From positions 45,521 through 109,520 of the IMG/VR virus record IMGVR_UViG_2630968879_000020: a stretch of 64,000 nt of DNA; one strand, 5' to 3'. The DNA is from a virus. Taxonomy: Duplodnaviria > Caudoviricetes. Positions within the stretch are counted from its first letter, which is position 1. The number at the start of each line of letters is the position of its first letter. Under the pieces are notes generated by a model. It was not told where the DNA came from and made no database searches. It saw nothing but the letters and a program-made list of their open reading frames with translations. Both the position numbers and the translations under genes were made by a program. This document shows positions 48,253-59,075 of the stretch, piece after piece.

Positions 48253-51200
48253 AACCGACTTTTCATTAGGTGAATCCACCATTAAGGCATCGAAAGCAGT
48301 CGAAATTGCAAAGCTAAAAGGCTACAAAGCAATTATTTCCTCTGACACGATGAATATATCCGCTGTTATCCCAATGCAACTGGCAGCTTCTGACGAACTC
48401 TCAGTAGTATTGGGAAGCCGACTATGTATCGTTGATAACCCTCTTCTTGAATCAGAGAACAAAGCACGTAAAGAGGTTGGTGAAGAGCTACTTCCGGTTG
48501 TGCGCGATTTTAGCTATTCATTTATTGCTATGGTTAAAAATGAAGCCGGTTTTTCTGATCTTTGCTCGTTAATCAGCCTCGGATATGAACGCAAACAATT
48601 TTACAAAACACCACGGCTGGATATTGAGCAAGTAATCGATATATACCAAAGAGGCAATATCGTTTTAATGACTTCCGACTTTGACAGCGTATTTCGCCGT
48701 CGTGATTACATAGCGATTATGGAAAAGTTGGCATTTGTAAACCGTGATGATCTGTATGCTGCCATATATCCTATGGCTTCACCTTTCTTTGACCAGATTA
48801 ATATTAAATCTTCTCTTGCTGCCGATACTCTTTCACTGAAAAAGATAGCCTTTTACCCTGCGTATTACGAAATGCCCGAAGATGCAGATCTGAAAGATGT
48901 CGCATATCAAGTATGCAACAACGTCAAATCAGATCAAATACACCGCATGAGAATCCCTTATGTGCGTGACAATGCGATTAACGATCGTGTACATCTACTC
49001 AAGAGTCTTCAAGAGTTCAGTGCGCGAACATCAACACCTGTCACATCGGCAATGGTTTCCACCATGCAAGATGAGCTAATAGAAAAATGCAAATGGCGCT
49101 GGCACAAGATGGATGTTGTTTTACCTAAAATGTCAGACGATGAAACTGCAACATTGAAAACAATGGCGGCGACTGGACTTAAAGCCAAGCTGACAGGGAA
49201 ATCATTTGGCTATACGCCACCATCAACACAATGGCAGGTCTATATTGATCGTTTGAAGTACGAGTTAGAGGTGTTAAGTCGTTTAGGATTTTGCGGTTAC
49301 TTCCTGCTGGTTTCAGATCTTATGCAACACGCACTAAAAACCAAAATACCAGTAGGCGCTGGGCGTGGTTCTGTAGGGGGTTCTCTTGTTGCATGGTGCA
49401 TAGGCATCACTGATGTAGACCCCATCCGTCATGGTCTACTTTTTGAACGTTTCATTAACCCTGAGCGTCTGGATTTACCCGATGCCGATTTGGACTTTTC
49501 TCAAGCCAAACGTCACCTTGCTATTCAGTATCTTTATGATAAATACGGTCAGGACTACGTTGCCGGTATTGTTAACTATTCATATTTAGGAGCTGCATCG
49601 GCAATCCGTGATTCAGCAAGGATTTTCAACGTCCCGACAAGTGATCTTTCCGTTTCAAAAGAAGTGGGTTGGGCTGCTAAAGAAGGTGATAACCTCCCAC
49701 TCGAAGAACTCCGTGTCGAGTTGGCATCACTAGACAGATACGCAAATAAATATCCACAAGCCTTTTCCGCAGCCTGTAAGTTAAAAAGCATGATGCGAAG
49801 CTATGGTCGTCACGCTGCCGGGATGATTGTTTCCAGTGTACCAATCCGTGAGCGGGCTGTGATAGAACTTCGTGGGGATGAGCGAGTCATCAACTGGGAT
49901 AAGCGCCATTGTGAAGACATGGGATTAATCAAATTAGACGTGTTAGGGCTGGCTACGCTCGATTTACTGCAATTGGCAGTTGATTATATAGATGAGCGTT
50001 ATGGCTCCGGTACAGTGAAGTTAAATGAGGTGTCACTTGATGATCCTAAAGTCATGGCAAACTTTGCTGATGGACGTACTAAAGGTGTTTTCCAGCTTGA
50101 ATCTGCCCCAATGCGTAAGTTACTTAAAGATTTAGGCGGTGGTCTTGATCCCATTTCATTTGAAACGGTTGTTGCTACAACAGCGTTATTCCGACCCGGC
50201 CCGATTCAATCAGGCATGTTAGATACGTTTGTTGGAGTCTCTAAAGGCTTCCATGAACCAAGTTCACTTCACCCGAAACTTGATGAGCTAACCAAAGAAA
50301 CAAACAGCGTTATTCTCTACCAAGAACAAACCATGAAAACAGTGCAAATACTCGGTGGTTTTACACTTGCCGAGGCTGATGGTGTCCGTAAAGCTATCGG
50401 CAAGAAAGATACTGCAAAAATGGCTTCGATGGGTACTCTATTCAAAGCACAAGCTGGAGCTGGTTGGGTTGATGTGTTATTTGAGGATGGAGTAATCAAA
50501 ACGGTACATCGCGCAGAACATTTTAAATGCGGAGATACTAATTTAACGGTGGAAGATGCTCTGAGAACCGGTATTGAACTTCTTGTTGAAGACAAGTTAG
50601 TTAACTCTATTATTTCGGGATCAGAGCAACCGGGTTTATCCGAAGAAAAAGCAAATGAAGTTTGGGAAGCACTAGAAAAGAACGGATCGTACCAATTCAA
50701 TAAATCTCATGCCGTGGCCTATACCCTGATTAGCTACCAATCTATGTGGCTGAAAACTTATTATCCGGCTGAGTTTTTTGCTGCTGCATTGACAATACTA
50801 GGGGAAGATAAGCATCAAGATCTCGTCAATGATGCATTGGATTACGGCATTGTCATTATGCCACCTGATATCAATATCTCCAGTCAACGAATGGAAATTA
50901 GAGACATTGACGGTCACCCTTCTTTATTTTCTCCATTTAGCTCGATTAAAGGCTGTTCATCGGCAGGTAGCATTGCGATTGTCAATGCCAGAGATAAGGT
51001 CGGTGGCAAATTTGAAAGCAAGGCTCAGTTTGTGGAAGCGGTCAACAAGCGTTCCTGTAACGCTCGTGTCATTGAGGCTTTGGATTCAGTCGGGGCTTTT
51101 GCGACGATAGAACCCGATCAACCATCAGCAACAGATGTGTCACGCCGGAAAAGTCAGGCTGAAATGATGGGTAATCTCATTGTCGAAGCTGTAAAAACTT

Positions 51201-51769
51201 CCCGTGAATTTGTGATGAATGAAAAGGTTAATGCCAATATCAATCTATTGATGAATCGCATAGCCAGTGAAACAGGACTAAAAGACGGTATTGTCCGTCC
51301 ACGTACCGGTCGCAAGCCCCAATTCATGATCATCCTTGATGGTGCAAGCAAAAGTGATACAACAAACGGCTATTTTATGGAGTCCGGCTATAACGAATTT
51401 AAGTCTATTTTGACAAATACAGGCTTCCTAATGGGAGATATTTACATCACTGGTGTACTTAAAAAACCTAAAGATGAAGGAATGAAAACATATTCCAAAG
51501 AGGATATTTCTACATTTACCGAGTACATGAAAGCCGAGCTGGAAATAGCAAAACCTACCTATGTCTTAACCTGTGGCAGTTTGGCGGCTTCGCTATTCAA
51601 CAACAAATCAAAACCATCAAATCTTATTGGCAGGAAAGAATACTTTTCAGGAATGGATGCTACCGTGTTTTATGCATTCAATCCTAATATTCTCTACTTC
51701 CGACCAGAAGAAGACGAAAAGCTGATAAAAATCATTTCAGAAATGGCAAACGCGATCAACGAAAGTTAA
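48233..51769 (+). CDS. dnaE: DNA polymerase III alpha subunit with a C-terminal UDG-like domain
   Basis: GRGS, FERFINPER, PDADLDF, HAAG, KLDVLGL, YQFNKSH; ATG 48233. Confidence 0.93.
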   Translation: MQALLARTDFSLGESTIKASKAVEIAKLKGYKAIISSDTMNISAVIPMQLAASDELSVVLGSRLCIVDNPLLESENKARKEVGEELLPVVRDFSYSFIAMVKNEAGFSDLCSLISLGYERKQFYKTPRLDIEQVIDIYQRGNIVLMTSDFDSVFRRRDYIAIMEKLAFVNRDDLYAAIYPMASPFFDQINIKSSLAADTLSLKKIAFYPAYYEMPEDADLKDVAYQVCNNVKSDQIHRMRIPYVRDNAINDRVHLLKSLQEFSARTSTPVTSAMVSTMQDELIEKCKWRWHKMDVVLPKMSDDETATLKTMAATGLKAKLTGKSFGYTPPSTQWQVYIDRLKYELEVLSRLGFCGYFLLVSDLMQHALKTKIPVGAGRGSVGGSLVAWCIGITDVDPIRHGLLFERFINPERLDLPDADLDFSQAKRHLAIQYLYDKYGQDYVAGIVNYSYLGAASAIRDSARIFNVPTSDLSVSKEVGWAAKEGDNLPLEELRVELASLDRYANKYPQAFSAACKLKSMMRSYGRHAAGMIVSSVPIRERAVIELRGDERVINWDKRHCEDMGLIKLDVLGLATLDLLQLAVDYIDERYGSGTVKLNEVSLDDPKVMANFADGRTKGVFQLESAPMRKLLKDLGGGLDPISFETVVATTALFRPGPIQSGMLDTFVGVSKGFHEPSSLHPKLDELTKETNSVILYQEQTMKTVQILGGFTLAEADGVRKAIGKKDTAKMASMGTLFKAQAGAGWVDVLFEDGVIKTVHRAEHFKCGDTNLTVEDALRTGIELLVEDKLVNSIISGSEQPGLSEEKANEVWEALEKNGSYQFNKSHAVAYTLISYQSMWLKTYYPAEFFAAALTILGEDKHQDLVNDALDYGIVIMPPDINISSQRMEIRDIDGHPSLFSPFSSIKGCSSAGSIAIVNARDKVGGKFESKAQFVEAVNKRSCNARVIEALDSVGAFATIEPDQPSATDVSRRKSQAEMMGNLIVEAVKTSREFVMNEKVNANINLLMNRIASETGLKDGIVRPRTGRKPQFMIILDGASKSDTTNGYFMESGYNEFKSILTNTGFLMGDIYITGVLKKPKDEGMKTYSKEDISTFTEYMKAELEIAKPTYVLTCGSLAASLFNNKSKPSNLIGRKEYFSGMDATVFYAFNPNILYFRPEEDEKLIKIISEMANAINES

Positions 51770-51849
51770 CACTACTGCCGTCCAGTTATGGTTTAACACC
51801 TTCCTAGATGGCTTAGTATTCCAATGCAACTCATTAAAAGCTAAACAAA

Positions 51850-52296
51850 ATGGAAATGAAAAAAACACAGCCAATTATCACAGATCAAATCCGCGAAAAA
51901 GCTAAATCAATGGTACTAACTTCACCTTACGGAAGATTCATCAGTGTTACGACCACGTTAGAAATCGTCATAGAGTTGGCAAAAAAAGAAAAGATGCGTG
52001 TTAATCGCCGCCTTCGTGACGTAACTAAAGGGATGATCGGTAAATATGAGCTGGACGAACTCAACCGACTACTCAAAGAAATCGCATTCAGTAACAATAC
52101 AGAAAAGGCATTTCAGAATCTTGTTAGTTATCGTAATAGATTCCTATCTTCGGCTGAGGAACGTATAGCATTAATGAATGAGTTCATTGGGGGTGACTTG
52201 GACGATTTAATTGAACAAGGTGTTCCACGCGAAGAATTGACCCAAAAGGTTCGGTTATTCAGGCAACAAGAAGCGGAAAGACAAAAGGCAGCGTAA
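51850..52296 (+). CDS. Hypothetical helical protein
   Basis: 148 aa ORF. Confidence 0.6.
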   Translation: MEMKKTQPIITDQIREKAKSMVLTSPYGRFISVTTTLEIVIELAKKEKMRVNRRLRDVTKGMIGKYELDELNRLLKEIAFSNNTEKAFQNLVSYRNRFLSSAEERIALMNEFIGGDLDDLIEQGVPREELTQKVRLFRQQEAERQKAA

Positions 52297-52422
52297 TGGA
52301 AAAAATCGCCCAATAGCTTATCCGGTACTCGAACAAATCTTTGCGTCATATAGGATTATTAACACATAATTTCCACTCCTTTAAATGGGTATTTAAATAC
52401 CTATTAATAAGTTATTATTTAT

Positions 52423-52962
52423 ATGAAAGAGCCTAATCAACGTATTAAAGAAACTATCATTGACCAGATAGAGCAAGACCTTAAAACCGATCTAAACGAC
52501 CTAGATGCAGTCTGGACGACACAGCCCCTTTTAATGATGAAATACGCAGCTAAACAGGCTGGCGCCGAGCGTATCTGTTTAGAGGAAAAACAGCGTATCG
52601 AGGGACTTGAAGCTGCTATTTATAACGTTGTCAGGTCAGTACGTAGCATGAACGGCACAAAGAGTTCCGAATCAGCTATAGATGCAATGGTAAGCCAGAT
52701 AGAACGCCATTATTCCGGTGAGGAAACCGAACTAAATCTCAACACGTCTTTTATAGAAGAATTGCCAGAAAAGGTTATTGCGATCGCTCATGCTCTCGCC
52801 TCTGCCCGACACAATTATAACCACAATAAAGAATTAGCAGATCTCTTTAAAGCCGCCATAGAAGCTTTTCGTCATCGTCGAGACATGATTGTCCAAGCTT
52901 CAAAGAAAGCCACGTTAGATTACGAGTACCTGAATGCCGGAATATTTACTGGAAAGAAATGA
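52423..52962 (+). CDS. UvsY-like recombination mediator
   Basis: Helical, AIEAFRHRRDM ending; next to SSB and RecA. Confidence 0.55.
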   Translation: MKEPNQRIKETIIDQIEQDLKTDLNDLDAVWTTQPLLMMKYAAKQAGAERICLEEKQRIEGLEAAIYNVVRSVRSMNGTKSSESAIDAMVSQIERHYSGEETELNLNTSFIEELPEKVIAIAHALASARHNYNHNKELADLFKAAIEAFRHRRDMIVQASKKATLDYEYLNAGIFTGKK

Positions 52963-53107
52963 ACCCCCCTTAAAAAACAGCTTTTATGTATGTATTTACT
53001 GATCTATTATTTAATCATAAAAATGAGTAAGAAAGAGCATCAATCAACTTACTAAATTAATTCACAGCCTAAACGCACAAATCAATAAACAAATTAAGGA
53101 AATCGGT

Positions 53108-54058
53108 ATGTCTACATTGTTAGAGCTTATCAAAGGGAAACGTAAAGAACTGGCATCAAAACGCGCAAGCCGTGGCATCGATACCGCAAAATTACAAAGT
53201 GGAGTCCAGTATCTCCGTATTTTCCCTAATGTAGAAAATCCAAACTCAATCTTTTATCAGCCATTCGGTATGCACTTTGTTAAAACCAAAGAGGCTGGTA
53301 AAGATAAAACTGTCGCGTCTGTCTGTAAGACTGCGACATACGGTGAACCATGTGAATTATGCGAAGCTGTTATGGAGGCAAAAGCAATCCATAAAGGCAA
53401 CTCTAGCATGGAAGATTTGATCTCAGAAATCCGATCAAGCCAGCGTTATATCGTCAATGGCGCATTAACGACAACACCAAATATCAATCTGGCCGAAAAA
53501 ACTCAATTGGTTGAACTGCCTCAAACCGTGTTTGAAGACGTTCTTAAATCCATTGAAGAAGATATGTCCGATGAAATTGGTGAACCTCTGGATATCGAAA
53601 AAGGCTATTGCTTTAAAATCGAACGTACCGGTGCTGGTCGTGATACTAAGTACACAGTGTCACCATCACGTAAAGAGGGCAAAACTACCGTTCCAGCTAA
53701 ATTTATTTCTTCCGTACATAATCTCGAAAACTTCGCTAACGGTCTGAATGATGCAAATAAACTGGCTATCGCTGGTAAAGCAATCGGAGCATTGACTGGA
53801 GTTTCAGTTGCTATTAGTTCAACTATGGCTCTACCCGCCACTGGTGCAACAGATACTGCATTACCGGGTTTTTCAAGTTCTGCTACTAGCAATGTGACTA
53901 AAGAAGCTGCTCAGGAAGCTGTAGCCGCTGAATTTAAAGGCGCTTCTAGTGTATCAACCGTTACAGAAACACCGGCTGCTCAAGTTGCTCCTGCATCATC
54001 CGAAGCATTAGGCGGTGATGAGCTGGCTGACATGATGGCACAGTTAGAAGGTCTGTAA
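53108..54058 (+). CDS. T4 gp32-like single-stranded DNA-binding protein
   Basis: LRIFP, H..C..CELC Zn ligands, PLDIEKGYCFKI, acidic tail. Confidence 0.75.
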   Translation: MSTLLELIKGKRKELASKRASRGIDTAKLQSGVQYLRIFPNVENPNSIFYQPFGMHFVKTKEAGKDKTVASVCKTATYGEPCELCEAVMEAKAIHKGNSSMEDLISEIRSSQRYIVNGALTTTPNINLAEKTQLVELPQTVFEDVLKSIEEDMSDEIGEPLDIEKGYCFKIERTGAGRDTKYTVSPSRKEGKTTVPAKFISSVHNLENFANGLNDANKLAIAGKAIGALTGVSVAISSTMALPATGATDTALPGFSSSATSNVTKEAAQEAVAAEFKGASSVSTVTETPAAQVAPASSEALGGDELADMMAQLEGL

Positions 54059-54114
54059 TTGTAACTTTGGTTGTGAACAAGGGCGCATTCGTGCGCCCTT
54101 GCCATTAGGGGAAA

Positions 54115-55062
54115 ATGATGAACCTTTTATTAGTTGATGCACACAGTCAAGGCTACTATCACCAGCAATCAGCAGCGACATTGAAAGTTAGCGATATGGA
54201 AGTGCAAGCTATCTTCAATACGCTGCGATCTGTTAAACGTATCGCCTCTATCAAAAAAGCCCGTGTCATTGTCCTTTGGGATGGAAATCCGCTAAAGCGT
54301 ACAGCCTTATTCCCGAAATACAAAACACGCGAGCCAAATCCTGATATGGAGGCAATGAAAGAGAAATTTAAGCAACAACGACCTCTCATTCAAGAAGCCT
54401 TTTCATATTTAGGCGTTGAACAACTCGTTGCAGAAGATGGTGAAGCCGACGATTTAGCTAGTCTTCTAGTTAACACTGAAAAACACAAATATGATCACAT
54501 TTATCTCCTGACTGGGGATGGAGACTGGAAACAATTGGTTGATGAAAATGTGTCTTATATCAATCAGCGTGACGACAATATTCTACGCCTTGAGAAATTC
54601 TTTGAAGATACCGGTTATCACACCCCATTAGCCTTCGTTCAAGGGAAAGCTCTTCATGGTGATAACTCAGACACCATACCGGGAGTTGGCGGAATTGGTG
54701 AGAAAGGTGCAAAAGAGTTTATGGCTGAATATGGATCTGTAGCTGAAATTCGTCGCATCGTCCTAGCTGGCAAAGAACTTATGAAGAACCGTGCTCGTAA
54801 ATCGTTTGAGAAGCTATCACGCAACGAATTTAACGAAAAGCAGGGTCTTGGCATGATGGATATCTTCAAACGCAACCTCAAGCTAATGATGCTACGTGGC
54901 TGCCCATTAAAACCAGACACTATCAAACAAATCCCGACAGATTACAATCCTGAAAAATTACGGCAGTTACTGCTCAAGTTAAATTTCCAATCCATTCTGG
55001 AAGACTTGGACGTGTTTCTTGTCCCATTTGAACGGTATGGACTGAAAGGAAAGAATTTATGA
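54115..55062 (+). CDS. 5'-3' exonuclease / flap endonuclease
   Basis: LVD, WDG, EADD, GDGD, GDNSDTIPGVGGIG. Confidence 0.9.
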   Translation: MMNLLLVDAHSQGYYHQQSAATLKVSDMEVQAIFNTLRSVKRIASIKKARVIVLWDGNPLKRTALFPKYKTREPNPDMEAMKEKFKQQRPLIQEAFSYLGVEQLVAEDGEADDLASLLVNTEKHKYDHIYLLTGDGDWKQLVDENVSYINQRDDNILRLEKFFEDTGYHTPLAFVQGKALHGDNSDTIPGVGGIGEKGAKEFMAEYGSVAEIRRIVLAGKELMKNRARKSFEKLSRNEFNEKQGLGMMDIFKRNLKLMMLRGCPLKPDTIKQIPTDYNPEKLRQLLLKLNFQSILEDLDVFLVPFERYGLKGKNL

Positions 55063-55319
55063 TCACTTCACTCATAACCAAAGATCTGAAAATCACCCCA
55101 ACCGAATTAGCAAAGGAAATTATCAACCTGTACGGTCGTGATGGATTAGGCCGTGTTCGCTCCATTTTGGCAAATAGAGAAATTAGTGTAACCGAACGTG
55201 AAATTGAAATTGTGTACGGTCACTGTCTGACTATTTATAACCGTGTCTGTAAACATTTAAGCCAGACTATCATTGAAATTGACGTATTAAAAACCGTTTA
55301 CCCGTTGGAGAAAATGTAA
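55059..55319 (+). CDS. Hypothetical protein
   Basis: 86 aa, coupled between the exonuclease and recA. Confidence 0.6.
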   Translation: MITSLITKDLKITPTELAKEIINLYGRDGLGRVRSILANREISVTEREIEIVYGHCLTIYNRVCKHLSQTIIEIDVLKTVYPLEKM

Positions 55320-55321
55320 AC

Positions 55322-56413
55322 ATGACAAAGAACGACGCATTAAAAAAATTCTTTAAAAACACCGTCAAATCTAACGCTAAGCAGCAACACGTCAATGTAT
55401 GGCTGAATACAGGTTTACCTCATCTAAATAAAGCTATTTCAGGTAAATACAGCGGCGGTTTTCCATGTGGTCGCATCATTGAGATATTTGGTTGGGAATC
55501 CAGCGGCAAAACCTATATAGCAACTCAAGCCATGAAATCCGCCCAACAAGCAGGTGGGGTTGCTATTTTTATGGATCATGAAAAAAGCTTTGACTCTTTG
55601 TTAGGAGAGAAATGCGGTCTTAATGTAGGAAATGACGGGGATTGGATTTACCAACAGCCGGAAACGTTTGAGGAATCGATTGAATACGCAGCCTCAATCG
55701 TCAAAGCAATGCGTGATAGCAAGGCTATTAAGCCAGAAGCACCTATTGTTCTTGTGTTCGATTCACTGGCATCAATGGTTCCGAATCAGATTTTCCAGAA
55801 GTTCGAAAACAAGGCTTCTGGTAAAGGAAAAGATAAAGATAATCTGAACATGAACGACAATACAGCATTAGCTCGTTGCACATCTTCACACTTCCCTGCT
55901 CTCGCACAATGGGCGAGTAAATACAACGTGTGCATGATCTTTTTGAACCAATGTCGCTTAGATTTAGGTGTCACTTTTGGTGATAATACAAAAGCACCGG
56001 GCGGTAAGGCTCCGGGCTTTTACGCATCCGTCCGCATTCAGTTATCCAAAGCTCAAATCAAAGAGGGAGCGGAACGTATTGGTGACGTTGTAACGGCAAA
56101 AGTCATTAAAAATAAAGTAGCCCCACCTTTTAAAACCGCATCGTGGAGCTTCTATTACGATACCGATATTGGTATCGATTCAACCGAGTCTTTAGTTGAG
56201 CACATGCTGAATATCGGTTATCTGCAAAAGAATGCATCCGGTCGTATTCTCTTGGGTGAAAAAGCCTATTCACGTAAAGAAGTTGTCGAAAACTTCAAGA
56301 AGATCCCTACAGAGAAAATCATTGAGCTGCTTGAAAAGTGGCATACTGACAATGCAGAGATTGCAGATGCCGCAATGGATGGTGGTGAGTTGGAAGATAA
56401 CGAGGAAGAATAA
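55322..56413 (+). CDS. recA: RecA/UvsX-like recombinase
   Basis: GRIIEIFGWESSGKT, VFDSLA, FLNQ, KNKVAPPF. Confidence 0.93.
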   Translation: MTKNDALKKFFKNTVKSNAKQQHVNVWLNTGLPHLNKAISGKYSGGFPCGRIIEIFGWESSGKTYIATQAMKSAQQAGGVAIFMDHEKSFDSLLGEKCGLNVGNDGDWIYQQPETFEESIEYAASIVKAMRDSKAIKPEAPIVLVFDSLASMVPNQIFQKFENKASGKGKDKDNLNMNDNTALARCTSSHFPALAQWASKYNVCMIFLNQCRLDLGVTFGDNTKAPGGKAPGFYASVRIQLSKAQIKEGAERIGDVVTAKVIKNKVAPPFKTASWSFYYDTDIGIDSTESLVEHMLNIGYLQKNASGRILLGEKAYSRKEVVENFKKIPTEKIIELLEKWHTDNAEIADAAMDGGELEDNEEE

Positions 56414-56582
56414 TACATATCAACGAGGGTGCTATGCGCCCTTCCTACTTCCCATTCTATATTTTTATCAACTAGATACAAATTAATTATTTTTAATAAT
56501 TAGAAAAATCAAAAAATAACTAATTAAGTAAACAATATAAATATCTTACGGTTAGTGTTTTCTAATTGAGTTATATTGCAAT

Positions 56583-56682
56583 TATCCTCTATAGAGGATA
56601 TTATAAATTTATCCGTTATAACAGATATTACAAAATTATCCCCTACAGAGGATAATTGTTTTTTTATCCTTTAGAGGGGATA
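56583..56682 (+). promoter_or_regulatory. Four HipB operators TATCC-N8-GGATA
   Basis: At 56583, 56610 (one mismatch), 56637, 56665. Confidence 0.88.
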
Positions 56683-56685
56683 TTT

Positions 56686-56937
56686 ATGAAGATCACAACA
56701 CCTAAAACACTCGCTGCGGCAATTCGAGATAAACGCAAAAAAATGAAGTTCACTCAAAAGAATGCCGCTGAACTTGTAGGAATGAAGCAGAGTACAGTAT
56801 CTGCTTTCGAGAATGATCCAGAAAAATGCAAACTAGAAACATTATTCAAATTGTTATCTGCACTAGAACTACAACTAGTTATTACTGAGCGCAATCCAGA
56901 TAAGGATACAAACAATGGTTGGACTGAGGAGTGGTGA
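56686..56937 (+). CDS. hipB: HipB antitoxin
   Basis: HTH QSTVSAFENDP, C-terminal W; ATG 56686. Confidence 0.92.
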   Translation: MKITTPKTLAAAIRDKRKKMKFTQKNAAELVGMKQSTVSAFENDPEKCKLETLFKLLSALELQLVITERNPDKDTNNGWTEEW

Positions 56938-56940
56938 TAA

Positions 56941-58254
56941 ATGAAAAGCCAACACTTAACTGTTGCAATGAACGGTACAGAAGTGGGTATCTTATCCCGT
57001 GATACCGGTGGAGCGATGTCTTTTCAGTACAAAAAATCATGGATTGAAACCAGTGGTTCGCGGGCCATATCGCTCTCCTTACCTTTGAACTCTCATAAAT
57101 ATATCGGACGTGAAGTATTCAATTTTTTCAGCAACTTATTACCTGATTCAAATATTATACTTGCACGTATGCAGGCAAAATTTAAAATAGCTACTTCCCA
57201 TCCGTTTGACCTGTTGGCTAGTGTTGGACGCGATTGCATTGGAGCAATTCAGCTTTATCCAGAAGATTCAAAAATTCCTCCCGTAAGAGAAATACATGCA
57301 GAACCGCTTAGTGAAGGAGATATAGTTCAGTTACTTGATGATTATAGAACAGCTCCTTTAGGCATGAATACTGATACTGATTTCAGAATTTCCCTAGCTG
57401 GTGCACAAGAAAAAACAGCCTTGTTATGGCATCAGGAACGCTGGCAACGCCCTATCGGTAGTACACCAACCAGCCATATTTTTAAACTTCCAATAGGAAG
57501 AATAGAACAAAATAATATAGACCTAAGTGAAAGCTGCGAAAACGAATGGTTATGTTTGAAAATTGCCAAAGAATTTGGTTTTCCAGTAGCAGATGCTGAG
57601 TTAGCAACATTTGGTAATAAAAACGTATTAATAGTACGGCGTTTCGACCGACGATGGTCTAATGACGGTTCTTGGCTAATGCGTCTACCACAGGAAGATA
57701 TGTGTCAGGCTTTAGGGGTATCTTCCGCACAAAAATATGAGTCTGATGGAGGGCCGAGTATTTCAGATATAATGAAATTACTTATTAGTTCTCGACAATC
57801 AACACTGGATAGAGAAACATTTTTTCGTACTCAAATTCTATTTTGGCTATTGGCTGCGATTGATGGTCATGCTAAGAATTTTAGTCTCTTTATTGAATCA
57901 GGGTCATCTTTTACCATGACTCCTTTGTACGATATCATATCAGCCTACCCTCTGTTTCATCCTAGAGGAATTCCACAACAGAAAGCTAAAATGGCGATGG
58001 CACTACAAGGAAAAAACCGTCAATACCATTGGGCAAAAATCCTACCGCGTCATTTTCTGAATACTGCTGATCATGTTGGTATTTCTCCAGAGCTAGCAAA
58101 AAAATTCTTAACAGAGATAGGGCAACAAACACCTGACGTTATCCAGAAAGTTTCGGCGCAACTACCTGATAATTTCCCTACACACATCAGTGATGCCATA
58201 TTTAAAGGAATTGAAAAACAGGCAATTAAGCTCCTCAAAGCAATACTAGGATAG
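56941..58254 (+). CDS. hipA: HipA Ser/Thr kinase toxin
   Basis: ISLAGAQEKTA, IDGHAKNFS, PLYD. Confidence 0.95.
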   Translation: MKSQHLTVAMNGTEVGILSRDTGGAMSFQYKKSWIETSGSRAISLSLPLNSHKYIGREVFNFFSNLLPDSNIILARMQAKFKIATSHPFDLLASVGRDCIGAIQLYPEDSKIPPVREIHAEPLSEGDIVQLLDDYRTAPLGMNTDTDFRISLAGAQEKTALLWHQERWQRPIGSTPTSHIFKLPIGRIEQNNIDLSESCENEWLCLKIAKEFGFPVADAELATFGNKNVLIVRRFDRRWSNDGSWLMRLPQEDMCQALGVSSAQKYESDGGPSISDIMKLLISSRQSTLDRETFFRTQILFWLLAAIDGHAKNFSLFIESGSSFTMTPLYDIISAYPLFHPRGIPQQKAKMAMALQGKNRQYHWAKILPRHFLNTADHVGISPELAKKFLTEIGQQTPDVIQKVSAQLPDNFPTHISDAIFKGIEKQAIKLLKAILG

Positions 58255-58489
58255 CTCACATAACTTACCTATTCATCATATCAATGACCTTAGCAATAAG
58301 CTTGAACAGCATATCTAGTTAATTTTAAAGGCACTTTATTGAGTGCCTTTTCCATTTTGGAAAAATACTATCAGCAATCAAACAATGGCATTATCTTAAT
58401 GATTAAAATTAGATAATGTGATTATTTTTATATTTACTCTTATAAAAAAATCACTATGATATGTATTAAAATACATACATAAAAATATT

Positions 58490-58672
58490 ATGAATCACAC
58501 CATCATTATACTGATCATGCTTTACATCGGCGGAGCTGGTTTAATGCTCGAATCTCTGTTACGGCGTAACATCCGCCACCCATTTTTAAAATGCTGGTTA
58601 TGGATGTTCATCTGTTGGCCTCACATCAAATCAGGGATAACTAAATTGATAACCTCATCAACTGCGAGTTAA
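58490..58672 (+). CDS. Small membrane protein
   Basis: Hydrophobic 60 aa ORF preceded by an 18-bp operator at 58460. Confidence 0.4.
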   Translation: MNHTIIILIMLYIGGAGLMLESLLRRNIRHPFLKCWLWMFICWPHIKSGITKLITSSTAS

Positions 58673-58802
58673 GGCAAGTGACGATTTCACCAAGTTAACC
58701 TTGCGGGATATTACTGAACAACGGAAAAACAAATATAATGTATAGCTATTAGCTACACGGATGCTATAATGACTGTATATACATTTGCTACACAGGTGAT
58801 TT

Positions 58803-59075
58803 ATGAGAACACAGCCGAAAGAAACTCCGATTAACATACGGGCAAAAGCTTTCCAGCGGGAGCTTATTGACCATGCAGCAAACCTGCACTCAAAGACCCG
58901 AACAGATTTCATTTTGGATGCTGCCTGCCGTGCAGCCGAAGAGGTCATACTTGATCAGCGCCACTTTTTCGTTGACGAGGAGAAATATCAAGCATTCATG
59001 CAGATGTTAGAGAAACCACTTTCTGAGAATGAGGGCTTTAAAAAACTGATGGAGTATAAAGCACCGTGGGAATAA
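58803..59075 (+). CDS. DUF1778 RHH antitoxin (TacA-like)
   Basis: INIRAK..LIDHAA..RTDFILDAAC..APWE. Confidence 0.92.
   Translation: MRTQPKETPINIRAKAFQRELIDHAANLHSKTRTDFILDAACRAAEEVILDQRHFFVDEEKYQAFMQMLEKPLSENEGFKKLMEYKAPWE

Noticed and set aside
50460-50635. Intein in dnaE
   Set aside because: About 60 aa, no N-terminal Cys/Ser block and no C-terminal His-Asn
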